Source of the DNA: Heterodontus francisci
Taxonomy: Eukaryota
Assembly (NCBI RefSeq): GCF_036365525.1
Contig: NC_090399.1
Span: 49,632,430 to 49,696,429, forward strand
Reading direction: 5' to 3'
Length of the DNA stretch: 64,000 nt
Shown: positions 12,883-25,700 of the stretch, in pieces
Layout: each line of letters opens with the position of its first letter
Numbering within the stretch: the first letter of the stretch is position 1
The notes under the pieces: generated by a model
Database searches by the model: none
What the model saw: only the letters and a program-made list of their open reading frames with translations
What the model was told of the DNA's origin: nothing
Position numbers and translations under genes: made by a program

Positions 12883-13326
12883 AGAAACATAGAAAATAGG
12901 AGCAGGAGTAGGCCATTCAGCCCTTCGAGCCTGCTCCGCCATTCATTATGATCATGGCTGATCATCCAACTCAATAACCTGTTCCCGCTTTCGCCCCATA
13001 CCCTTTGATCCCTTTAGACCGAAGAGCTACATCTAACTCCTTCTTGAAAACATACAATGTTTTGACCTCAACTGCTTTCTGTGGTAGCCAATTCCACAGG
13101 TTCACCACTCTCTGGGTGAAGAAATTTCTCCTCATCTCAGTCCTGAAAGGTTTACCCCGTATCCTTAAACCCCTGGTTCTGGACTCCCCCACCATCGGGA
13201 ACATCCTTCCTGCATCTACCCTGTCAAGTCCTGTTAGAATTTTATAGGTTTCTATGAGATCCTCCTTCACTCTTCTGAACTCCAGAGAATATAATCTTAA
13301 CCGACTCAATCTCTCCTCATACGTCA
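12883..13326 (-). mobile_element. CR1 LINE 3' fragment inserted in the Harbinger element
   Basis: ORF 12971-13327 YEERLSRLRLYSLEFRR...GYGAKAG plus the CR1 3' UTR and tail. Confidence 0.9.
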
Positions 13327-13683
13327 ACCTCTGCTGACATCCATTCGGCAGGAGATGCTTCAGGTGCAGGGTCTGGTGTGTGGAGATCTGGCGGAGTTAC
13401 CAGAGACTTTGCATGCTGTGACTCAGAGACTGGAGATGTCCACCCAGGGTCTAAGTGCCACACATTCTCTGTCATCTGTCCATCTGGCCTCCATCTGGCT
13501 GCAGTGGAGGGGCTGATCTGGATGCCATGCAAGAGTGGCCTCCTTGGACCAGAGCATCAGAGAACAGAATCTGATGCGCATGCAACAGTTTGAGGCTGCT
13601 GATCCCTCTGAGGTTAGCACTGAGGACCAATCGAGCCTCAGGAGCACACAGGGGCAGCAGCAGATTTCATATGGGAGTTCCTC

Positions 13684-15005
13684 TCATATCACTCCTGATG
13701 CATCCTGCAACTCCTTGTCCCCTCTGCCAGTGACATCAGCACTGCATACTCCCAGGGTGTCAGAGGGTGTTCCTGAGACTCTGTTCAGGAGAAATGCCTG
13801 AGTATTAGAGTCTCCCCCCTCCCGGGTCTCCCTTGCACTCAACTCCACCTGACCTTCAGCTCCATCTCCCTGCTGGTCAGGTGGCTGTGGCCCCTCTTCC
13901 CCATCTGTATCACCATCCTTGTCTGAGGAAGACACATGCTGACCTTGATCATCCGCCAGGGAATCTCCCCTCTCCATCGCCAGGTTATGTAAGGCACAGC
14001 AGACGACAATAATTCTGGAGACCCTTGACGGCAAGTACTGCAGGGCTCCACCTGAGTGATTGAGACACCTAAATCTCATTTTGAGAAGACCTGTAGTCTG
14101 TTCTATTGTCACTCTGGTGGTCGCCTGGCTCACATTGTAACGTTCCTCTGCATCATTCCTTGGGATCCTCACCGGTGTCATCAGCCATGTCTTCAGCGGA
14201 TAACCCCTGTCGCCAAGTATCCAGCCTTGCAGATGTGCAGGAGGGCTGAATGGTGCTGGCACCTGGGATTTCCACAGAATGAAAGCATTGTGGCTGCTTG
14301 CAGGGTAACATGGACACACCCGCAAGATTCCCTTACAATGGTCACACACAAGCTGAACATTCATTGAGTGGAAACTAATGAAGGCCCCTGACTGACCTGC
14401 AGGTGCTCTAATGGCCACATGCATACAGTCTATTACGCCCTGGACCATTGGGAACCCAGCAATGGTGCTGAAGCTTCTGGCTGTCTCGGCTTGACTGGCA
14501 AAGTCCATCTTGAAGTTGATAAAATGGTTGGCATGGTTGGCTTCGGTAACAACCTTTATGCAGTGATGCGCTGATGCTTGGGAGACTCCGCACATGTCTG
14601 CCGATGAAGCCTGGAATGAGCCTGATGCATAGAAATTTAGCACTACTGTTACCTTCAGTGCGACTGGCATTGGATGGCCACCCACGCAGTTGGATGCAAC
14701 CCCCATTGCCAGTATCTCACACAGAGATGTGACAGTCTCCCGTGACAGGCACAGTCTTCTTCGGCACTGGTGGTCTGACAGTTGCAGGAAGCTCAAACGC
14801 GGGCTGTAGACCCTGCCTGCAGGGTAGGCACGTCTCCTGACAGGTGGTTGCACCTGGGCCACTCTGCCACCTTCTCCCCCTCCTCCATTACGAGGCTGCA
14901 CTGGGCCTGCAGGTTGCATATTCCCCTGGCCAGTTGTCCTCCTGTCCCTCTTGGGGCGTAGTCCTCCTCATTAGATGAGCCATCTCCAGAGTGCACAATT
15001 CCCAT
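13684..15005 (-). pseudogene. Harbinger (HARBI1-family) DDE transposase, largely open frame (13684-14919)
   Basis: Motifs LNFYASGSFQ, GVIDCMHV, LGDRGYPL and TRVTIEQTTGLLKMRFRCL. The probable ATG at 15005 is in another frame. NRKG is deleted and SSHD reads SSHN. Confidence 0.9.
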
Positions 15006-15829
15006 TGCTGCTGTGTCCCACAGATGGTATTACTTCAGGTCTTATCAGCCTGCTGTGAGGAAAGGCACTCACAACCACCACCCTCTAAACCAAGAAATTA
15101 ATACTGCTGGGGCCCCGATCAGGTGTAACACGCAGAGGAACCCTGATGAACAATCTGAAAGTAGCACAAACTGTAAAGTCACACAAACTTTAGAGTCACA
15201 CAAATAAATAACATTGAACAACCAGCCAACATAACAGTACCTCCAATTCCCTCACCGATTCACTGGCTGCAGTTTTTAAATCTGCTGGGTTCCCGAGATG
15301 CCCTTCGACTCATTTTACGGCCATAAAATCTGACAGCCACTGTAAAATGACTGTCAACTGGTGCTTTAAATACCTCAATTGCCATTTAATTGATTGTAAG
15401 CGGACAGCGAGCGGCTCCTTGATCTCGCCCAACGTCCAGCCATCGTAAAATGGCGTTCATGCGTCATGACATCGGAATCCGACCCAACATCATCGACCAC
15501 CATTTTACATCTTGGATGCCTTGTAAGACTCCCGTTTTTCAACGGTAGAATTCCAGTCAAGATTTATTCAATTCAGCTGCACCATTTGGCCTGGTGGGAT
15601 TCAAACCAACAAATCCTGCATTGGTAGCACAGAACCATAAATACAAGTCTCCCTCACCCTTATGTCCAGAGAACTCAAGCCCACCCCTGCTCCCTGTGCC
15701 CTTTTAGAATTTAGAGGTTTAAGCTAATTAACCCTTTAACCCCTTCACTCCGTAGTTCCAAAGTGATTCGAAGTGATATCTGCATTTGTAACAATGGTTA
15801 TATTTTATTTGGAATAAGCATAACGTGAC

Positions 15830-18145
15830 AAGAACATAAGAACTTAAGAACTAGGAGCAGGAGTAGGCAATTCAGCCCCTCGAGCCTGCTCCGCCATTCA
15901 ATATGACCATGGCTGATCTCATCTTGGCCTCAACTCCACTTTCCTGCCCATTCTCCATAACCCTTCAACCCATTTCTATTTAAAAATCTGTCTATCTCCT
16001 CCTTAACTTTACCCAATGTCCCGGCATCCACTGCACTCTGAGATGGTGAATTCCACAGACTCACGACCCTTTGAGAGAAGTAATTTCTCCTCATCTCTGT
16101 TTTAAATCTGCTACCCCTTATCCTAAAACTATGACCTCTTGTTCTAGATTGCCCCACAAGATGAAACATCCTCTCTATGTCTACTTTGTTAATCCCCTTA
16201 ATCATCTTATATACCTCAATTAGATCTCCTCTCGTTCTTCTAAACTCCAGAGAGTAAAGGCCTAAACTGCTCAATCTCTCTTCATAAGACAAGCTCCCCC
16301 ATCTCTGGAATCAATCTAATGGACCTCCTCTGAACTGCCTCCAATGCAACTACATCCTTTCTCAAGTAACGTGACCAAAACTGTATGCAATACTCCAGGT
16401 AGGGTCTCACCAATGCCTTGTACAGTTGCAGCAACACTTCCCTGCTTTTATACTCCATTCCTTTAGCAATAAATGCCAAAATTCCATTTGCCTTCCTAAT
16501 CGCCTGCTGTACCTGCAAACTAGTTTTCTGCGATTCATGCACAAGGACACCCAGATCCCTCTGCACTGAAGCACTCTGAAGTTTCTCTCCATTTAGATAT
16601 TAATTTGCCTTTCTATTCTTTCTAACCTCACACTTATCCACGTTAAACTCCATCTGCCAAATTTTGGCTCATTTATCTAACCTATCCATATCCATTTGTA
16701 GATTTCTTATTTCTTTATTGCAACTTACTGTCCTACGAATTTTAGTATCATCTGCAAATTTGGCTATAGTACCTTCTATCCCTGCATCCAAGTCATTTAT
16801 ATAGAATGTAAATAGTTGGGGCCCAAGGACCGAACCCCGTGCACCCCACTAGTTACATCTTGCCAACCAGAAAAAGACCCATTTATCCAGACTCTCTGTT
16901 TTCTGTTGGTTAGCCAATCCTCTATCCAAGCTAATAAATTGCCCCTAACCCCATGTGAATTTACCTTGTGTATTAACCTTTTGTGCGGCACCTTATCAAA
17001 TGCCTTCTGGAAGTCCAGATAAACTACATCTACAGGATCCCCATTATCAACTTTGTTTGTTAAAGCTTCGAAGAACTCTTGCAAATTAGTCAAACACGAT
17101 TTACCCTTCATAAAACCATGCTGACTCTGATGGATTGCATTTTGACTTTCTAAATGTCCTGTTATTACTTCCTTAATAATGAATTCTAACATTTTCCCAA
17201 CGACAGATGTTAAACTAACTGGTCTATAGTTTCCTACTTTCTGCCTCCCTCCCTTTTTGAATAAGGGCGATACATTATCTTTTTTCCAATCCACTGGAAC
17301 CTTTCCCATATCCAGAGAATTTTGGAATATTATAACCAATGGATCCACTATCTCCACTGCCACTTCCTTTAAGACCCTAGGATGTAGACCATCAGGCCCT
17401 GAGGACTTGTCTGCCTTCAACCCCAATCGTTTGCTCAGTACTTTTTCCCTAGTGATGATGATTGTTCTAAGTTCCTACCTTTCTATAACCTCTGCATTAC
17501 CTGGTACTATTGGGATGGTGCTAATGCCCTCCACTGTGAAAACTGAAGCAAAATACTGATTTAGTGTCTCTGCCATTTCTGTGTTCCCTTCTATTAACTC
17601 CCCAGTCTCATCCTCCAATGGACCAACATTCACTTCAGCTACTCTCTTCCCTTTTATATACTTATAGAAGCTTTTGTTATCCACTTTTATATTTTACACT
17701 AGTTTTCTTTCATAATTTACCTTTGCTCTATTTATTACTTTTTTAGTAACCCTTTGTTGATCTTTAAAAGTTTCCCAATCTTCCAGCCTGGCCTCAGCAA
17801 TATGATCTGCCTTAGTTTTCGTCTTTATGTTATCCCTAACTTCCTTGCTTAGCCATGGATGTTTTTGCCCCCTCCTAGAATCTTTCTTCCTCTCTGGAAT
17901 ATATTTTAGTTGGATAAATTGAATAGCTCCTTAAACATCTACTACTGCTCGTCAACTGTTCTACCTTGTAGTCTTCCTGCCCAGTCCACAAGGGCCAAAT
18001 CTGTCCTCATGCCTATATAATTACCTTTGCTTAACTCCAGAACGCTCATGTGTGACTCCAGCTTCTCGCCCTCAAACTGAATTTGAAATTCCAGCATGCT
18101 GTGATCATTTTTCCCTCGACGATCCTTAACAATGAGATGTGCTAA
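15830..18145 (-). mobile_element. CR1 LINE (HER1-type), 5'-truncated, decayed ORF2
   Basis: [44 protein letters not shown]; tail repeat AAGAACAT. Confidence 0.92.
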
Positions 18146-18289
18146 TATCTGCGCAGTGATTTCAAAATGCAACAGTTGCATGACTGCCATGCCCCGGGTA
18201 GAAGAGCGATCTCTACATGATTACCGCCAATGGCCATGTCCCAGGAACCATTATCCATTAATGTGGCATGTGTGGTCTCTCCAGCAAAG

Positions 18290-20450
18290 AACAAACAACA
18301 AAGAACAAAGAACGGTACAGCACAGGAACAGGCCATTCGGCCCTCCAAGCCTGCGCCGATCTTGATGCCTGCCGAAACTAAAACCCTCTGCACTTCCAGG
18401 GAGCGTATCCCTCTATTCCCATTCTATTCATGTATTTGTCAAGATGCCTCTTAAACGTCGCTATTGTACCTGCTTCCACCACCTCCCCCGGCAGCAAGTT
18501 CCAGGCACTCACTACCCTCCATGTAAAGAACTTGACTCGCACATCCCCTCTAAACTTTGCCCCTCTCACCTTAAACCTATGTCCCCTAGTAACTGACTCT
18601 TCCACCCTGGGAAAAAGCTTCTGACTATCCACTCTGTCCATGCCACTCATAACTTTGTAAACCTCTATCATGTCGCCCCTCCACCTCCGTTGTTCCAGTG
18701 AAAACAATCCGAGTTTAACCAACCTCTCCTCATAGCTAATGCCCTCCAGACCAGGCAACATCCTGGTAAACCTCCTCTGTACCCTCTCCAAAGCCTCCAC
18801 GTCCTTCTGGTAGTGTGACGACCAGAATTGCATGCAATATTCTAAGTGTGGCCTAACTAAAGTTCTGTACAGCTGCAGCATGACTTGCCAATTTTTATAC
18901 TCTGTGCCCCGACCGATGAAGGCATGCATGCCGTATGCCTTCTTGACTACCTTATCCACCTGTGTTGCCACTTTCAGTGACCTGTGGACCTGTACGCCCA
19001 GATCTCTCAGCCTGTCAATACTCCTAAGGGTTCTGCCATTTACTGTATACTTCCCGCCTTCATTAGACCTTCCAAAATGCATTACCTCACATTTGTCCGG
19101 ATTAAACTCCATCTGCCAATTCTCCGCCCAAATCTCCAACCGATCAATATCCTGCTGTATCCTCTGACGATCCTCATCACTATCCGCAACTCCACCAAAC
19201 TTTGTGTCGTCCGCAAACTTACTAATCAGGCCAGCTACATTTTCCTCCAAATCATTTATATATACTACAAACAGCAAAGGTCCCAGCACTGATCCCTGTG
19301 GAACACCACTAGTCACATCCCTCCATTCAGAAAAGCACCCTTCCACTGCTACCCTCTGTCTTCTTAGATTAGATTAGATTAGAGATACAGCACTGAAACA
19401 GGCCCTTCGGCCCACCGAGTCTGTGCCGAACATCAACCACCCATTTATACTAATCCTACACTAATCCCATATTCCTACCAAACATCCCCACCTGTCCCTA
19501 TATTTCCCTCGCACCTACCTACACTAGTGACAATTTATAATGGCCAATTTACCTATCAACCTGCAAGTCTTTTGGCTTGTGGGAGGAAACCGGAGCACCC
19601 GGAGAAAACCCACGCAGACACAGGGAGAACTTGCAAACTCCACACAGGCAGTACCTGGAATCGAACCCGGGTCCCTGGAGCTGTGAGGCTGCGGTGCTAA
19701 CCACTGCGCCACTGTGCCGCCCTTCTATGACCGAGTCAGTTCTGTATCCATCTTGCCAGCTCACCTCTGATCCCGTGTGACTTCACCTTTTGTACCAGTC
19801 TGCCATGAGGGACCTTGTCAAAGGCTTTACTGAAGTCCATATAGATAACATCCACTGCCCTTCCTTCATCAATCATCTTTGTCACTCCCTCAAAAAACTC
19901 AATCAAATTAGTGAGACACGACCTCCCCTTCACAAAACCATGCTGCCTCCCGCTAATAAGTTCGTTTGTTTCCAAATGGGAGTAAATCCTGTCCCGAAGA
20001 ATCCTTCCTCTCTAATAATTTCCCTACCACTGAAGTAAGGCTCACCGGCCTATAATTTCCTGGATTATCCTTGCTACCCTTCTTAAACAAAGGAACAATA
20101 CTGGCTATTCTCCAGTCCTCTGGGACCTCACCTGTAGCCAATGAGGATGCAAAGATTTTTGTCAAGGCCCCAGCAATTTCTTCCCTTGCCTCCCTCAGTA
20201 TTCTGGGGTAGATGCCATCAGGCCCTGGGGACCTATCTACCTTAATGCTTTGCAAGACACCCAATACCTCCTCCTTTTTGCTAATGAGATGACTGAGACT
20301 ATCTACACTCCCTTCCCTAGGCTCATCATCCACCAAGTCCTTCTCTTTGGTGAATACTGATGCAAAGTACTCATTTACTACCTCGCCCATTTCCTCTGGC
20401 TCCGCACATAGATTCCCTTCTCTGTCCTTGAGTGGGCCAACCCTTTCCCT
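18290..20450 (-). mobile_element. CR1 LINE, younger copy, interrupted by an HE1 SINE
   Basis: 322 aa ORF with SGVPQGSVLGP and FADDTK; further ORFs at 19736-20390; tail repeat AAAGAAC. Confidence 0.93.
19364..19722 (-). mobile_element. HE1-type V-SINE
   Basis: tRNA-like head GGGCGGCACAGTGGCGCAGTGGTTAGC...GGTTCGATTCC; V domain GTGTCTGCGTGGGTTTTCTCCGGGTGCTCCGGTTTCCTCCCACA; CR1-like 3' end with (TCTAA)n tail. Confidence 0.92.
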
Positions 20451-22218
20451 CGCAGCCCATCTTTCCGGGAGGGTTCATCCTGTGGGGTGGTCACAAGTCC
20501 CTGGCTAAAGAGTTCTTCACCTTAAGTGCTCAGGGTATCCCTTCTTACACTCTTTTAACACAGCAAAGTCTATGGAGACCAGTTTAACCCAATTTGCTAG
20601 GGAATGTCAGAGTCTCATGGCCCCTGACACTAATTTATTTTTTCTACTCTTGGACCCTTATCAGCACCTGGTCAAAGCACGTAAAATATGGTGACCTTCG
20701 TACCCAGCCCTTTGCCTGGCATTCAAGACACCATTGTGTTCTTGGGCCCTTTATCTGGGTTTCTGGACTTCTACCAAGGTGTCGTCTGTTGGGTGACACA
20801 CTCACACACACAGACACACACACACTGTCTGTTCCCACACTCTGCTCACTGACATTTGCCTTTTGAGAATTTAGTTTCTTTTAAATATTTGGTCAATGTG
20901 GGCCCAAGCCACAGTTTCCTACCAAGTAACTGCTCATCCTCTTCTCACCAGGTCATATCACAAGCAGGGTTATAGTTCAGTATAGGCATTTTCATACCAC
21001 AACTAGTGAAAACTCGTGTTTACAATCAGCCATTGTATCTAAGTCAGCTCTCATTAATTAGCAAGAATACCCGAAGCAAAGATTTCTCACAGTTCTGGAG
21101 ATGCCTCTGTTTTAGCTTTTTCCTCATTTACGATGACAGACAAAATACATGATAATGATGGTCCCCACATTATTGATAGTGATAGTCCTATTGGCAGACA
21201 GATTATACCAAAACAAGGATTACAATTTCTCCTTCACCATTTATTTAAAAACACCATCTTTAACATTTAATCATCCCCACTTATGAACCTGATTGACTGA
21301 GGATAAATTATAACATGTCATGTTAGATGTCACAGAGTCATTAAGCATATGGTAATTAAACACACACTTAACTGCCAGAACTTACAACAGAGCCTTGAGA
21401 GTTTGGTCACAGAGTCAAATGTGATACAGTTGCAGTATACAGGTCGCAGGTCTTCTAAACCAGAATATCCGCTCCAACACGTGACTTTTATATGTTTTTC
21501 TTACTTTTTCTATGTAACAATGTACAAATTTCTACATTATTCAATATAGTGCTATTTAAAATGACTAGTAGTGAGCCTCTTCCATTATCCCTGATCGATG
21601 AAGTTTTAATGAGTTATATTTCTGTAGACCAGGACAACACCACTACTACTTAATAATGGTAAAATAGCAATAAGCATGAAACTAAGTAGAAGTTCTATCT
21701 ATAAATCTGGACAATTCCATACCAACCTCCTGCTTCCAAAAAAGGATCATGTGTTCACAAACGTTTTCTTCTGCAAAAGTAACTTGTTGATAAATGATTA
21801 AAACTCTTTGAAATATATACACTGGACTGTCTTTTAATTAACTTTATTGTCTAAACGGAATATTGATTTGAAGATCACTCGTAATCCAATAGTTCCATTG
21901 TTACTGCATCTAAATTGACTCAAACTTCCTCACTTAACAGGCAAATGCTAAACGTTACTATTACTAGAATTTCTGTTTAACCTCAGGACAGTCTAATTAA
22001 CTCTTTCCTTACACTGATCTAGACAGATACAAACCAGCTCCAAATGTTTAAATTGGTGTTCAATCTAGGTCATTCTTGGTAGCAGAACACACTAGTTACA
22101 TGTTCATAGTTCTGGTTTCCTGTTGCAGTTTGTTGGAATTTGCATGCAATGCAATATACACAGCAGTGAGATCAAGATTATTTCTCTTCCTTGGCTATCA
22201 CCTCAATATTTTAAGGTT

Positions 22219-22751
22219 TTACATTGCTAAATGGTGTAGTTTCAGAGGTTCAGCATGTTCGCCACTATCATTCACATTGAGAGAGAAATACGGAAAGAGC
22301 TTCTCAGTGAATGTGTTAGTATAAGTGGAGAGATGAGACATATCATCAGCATCGTAAAATGACAGCTGTCCTCCCTCGTAGTCCAGGTAAACTCCGACCA
22401 TCCTGGGTTTCACGTTCAATTCAAAAATCTCGTCAGCCTCATTCACATCTCCATTTGTCAATGACAGAACCCAATATCCATCTTCAGGGTGAAGACTGAT
22501 CACCCCCTTCCTATTGGCTGACTCGGTGGCTACACCAACAATCCACTCAGATTCATCCCCCACCTCCACCTCCCAGTAGTGTTTCCCTGATGTGAATCCC
22601 TCTGATCCCAGGACACTGAGACTTGTATCGAATCTCTCTGGATTATTACAAAACGAGACTTCCCTGTCGCTGACTTTTACGCTGGTCTGGTCCTCAGACA
22701 AGATAAGCTGAGGATGCGCTGTATTTGGGTCAAAAAACAATGGTTCTGGAA
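22219..22751 (-). CDS. TRIM exon 6: PRY/SPRY (B30.2) domain
   Basis: FDPNTAHPQLILSED, ERFD, GFTSGKHYWEVEV, VGVYLDYEGGQLSFY, FTEKLFPYF; ends in TAA. Confidence 0.95.
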
Positions 22752-25700
22752 CTTGAAAGAAATAAAAATAACAAAGTTAAACATCCAGATAAAGAATGGC
22801 TATTCATTTTTATCCTGCATGCAGGTCACTCTCATTTAACTGAAAATACCTCTTTCCAATAAGAAATAAATTTCTCTGTATTACTTGTAGAATTTCAACA
22901 TGAGTGGTGTAAAATGAGCAGTATCAGATCTTGTGCCTATTATACACTTGACTTCAATGAAGGAACTTGCAGGTGGCCAATGCCATGTGGCCTGTTTCAT
23001 GCCACTGCCCAAGACAGATTCCTTTAGCTATCAAGAGAACGAGTTGCTTTTTTTAAATTCACAATGACTTTTCTGCAGCCTACTACATGAGCAAGGTTTG
23101 AATTTTGAACTCCTAAAAATGGGAAATGTAACAAATAGCATTTTGGACACACTGGGGTAGAGATCTGTCTTGGGTTGTAGTGCTAAACGGACGATACTCC
23201 ATGGACCATCTGCGATACACCAGGCCTAATATTCAATTCCATTCAAGTCAATGGAGCCAGTATTTTAGTAATGTAATCACAGAGAATGCAAATAACAAAT
23301 TCCTTCATCCTAATTCAAATACATCCCAGCTCTTTTGCATTAGGTTAAGTGGAAGCCATATCATAAAGAGTAGGACATGTCTCACCTGGAGAGATGATCT
23401 CTTTCATTTCTTTCCACACTGCATACAGTAATGGTCCCCTGAATATTCCCAGTGTCAGGTCACTGATTCCCACCGTATCTTCATCATGTTCTTCAGATCC
23501 ACTCCCACTTTCTTCATCACTTCCCTCTCTTTTATTTTCATCATCATAATCTTCATCATCATCATCTTCATCATCACTTCCTTCTCTTTCATTTTCATCA
23601 TCATCTTCATCATCACTTCCTTCTTCTCCTTCGCTTCCATTTTCATCGTTCCCAAGACATCTGAATTGTATTTGCAAATTGGTTAATTTCTGAAAATAAT
23701 GTCATGCCTTTATAATATATAAAATTATGGGTCTAGATCATATACGCACCTTTCTGGTAATCCTTTCATTTCCTGTATACAAAGAAAATTTTAAAAATGT
23801 GAAATGTGAATTGTACCAATTTAGGATCTGATTAAGTTCTGCTTTGCTATGTACTTCAATCACTGGTTAAGACCTTGTGATGATATCTACCATGAAATCC
23901 GGATCAATAGTTCTGGTGATCCGAAAAGCTTAGGAGCAGCAAAACATAATTCATTTAGGTAAAAGCTCCTTTGCATATTCATATTTATCTACAATATATT
24001 TATGAACTGCCCAGAGAAAGTCAGCACGGATTTGTCATGGTTACATCATGTCTAACTTACCTAGCTGATTTTTATGAAGCGATTACTAATGTGGTAGATA
24101 AGGGAGTGGCTATAAAGGTCATTTATATGGACTGCCAGAAGGCATTCAATAAAGTTCCACACTAGACACTGTTAGGAAAAATGTAAGTGCATTGACATGG
24201 ATAGGGGATTTGGTTAGGAGGTAGGAGACAGAGAGTAGGGTCGGTATTTAATTTGGAAGGGTGTGACAAGTGGTTTTCCCCATGGATATGTCCTGGGGCC
24301 TCAGCTTTTTGCTGCATTTATCAATTATTTTGATGAAGAAATATAGAGCCATATATCCAAGTTTGCTGATGGCACAAAGTTAGGTGGCACAGTAAGTAGT
24401 GTAGATGGGAGCAGGAAATTGCATAGGGACATTGATAGATTAACTGAGTAGACAAAACTGTGGCAGACAGACTTTAATGTGAGGAAATAGGAGGTCATCC
24501 ACTCTGGATCTAAAAAGGATAAATCTGAGTATTTTCAAAATGATGAGAAGCTAGGAACTGTAGATGAGCTGAAAGATTTATGGGTCTATGTACAGCACCC
24601 ATTAAAAGCTAGTAGACAGGTAGAAAGCATAATTTAAAAGCCGAATGGCCATTATCTCAAAGGGCTGAAATACCAAGGAAATTATGTTACAGTTATCTAA
24701 AACTTCGGTTAGTCCCCATTTAGAGGGTAAGTAGAGCAAAATAATTTCTAGTGGGAGAGTTCAGAAAAAGGGGGTAGAACCATAATACTGAGATTGATAG
24801 TATTTTGTCAGGCAAGGACAGTAAGACATGCAGAACCAAGGTGCAGATCAGCCCTGTTCTAATTTAATGGTGAAACAGGCTCTCGGGGCTGAATGGCCTA
24901 CTCTGGTTCCTATACTTCCTGTTCACAATCACACATCTGCACTCACTTCCTGCCTACTAAATTTTACATTCTATTGTCATGTTTTGACACACTTCTGTGT
25001 GACCTATTAAAAATTCCTACATCCACATTTCTAGTGGAATCTCCCTATCTAACCTTGTCACACTGTAATTACACTCTCCTTCCAAAGGTGACATGCAGTC
25101 CCTCAATTTTGCAATGCCAAGCACCTCAGCTGGAACAGTGGAGACAAGCCTAGGCTCCGAATCACTCATTTTTTCTCAAATTGGTCTAATTTATGTTATT
25201 TAACTATAAAGAATATTATTAGCTATTAATAATACATCACCTGAAAATCAGATTGTATTATGTCTGTGCACATCAGCCCCAGGGGGGGAGGAATCTGGAG
25301 TAGCAGAGCCCTAAACTTCTCTTGTGGGGCTAAGAGGAGCACTTCTAAAAGTTGCATGTCTTTTCACCTTACCAATCCTCCAACCTTCAGCTGGTGGGAT
25401 ATCAGGAGCAGCTTCCCTTGCTCAGGCTAATTTTTCAAAGAAGGCCAGTTATGTCAATGGATGGCTGTTAACAGAGGTAAAGAAAGACCCTGCTAGCTGT
25501 GGTCAGACTGTCCAGAAGCATCAATTAAAATCGGGATCTGGGTGGCTTTCCAACGAGTGAGTAACCCAGGGCATTTTAACTGCCTAACTGCCTAATTCCT
25601 GCCAAACAGTTGGGGTTAAACTTTCTCCTCCCCGTCTTGACTATATATATTTCGAAATATATTTCAATTGCACAGACTCTCGTTTTCCTATCTCCATTGC

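Larger units (their letters stand above)
11817..15558. mobile_element. PIF/Harbinger DNA transposon, near full-length, two convergent genes
   Basis: TIRs GGCTGGAATTTTACTGTTGA / TCAACGGTAGAATTCCAGTC (17/20 match); 3 bp TSD AAG; DDE transposase on -, Myb/SANT-like gene on +. Confidence 0.9.

Noticed and set aside
13684-14919. Host HARBI1 gene
   Set aside because: It sits inside TIRs and a TSD with a Myb partner and has lesions in conserved motifs, so it is a transposon copy.
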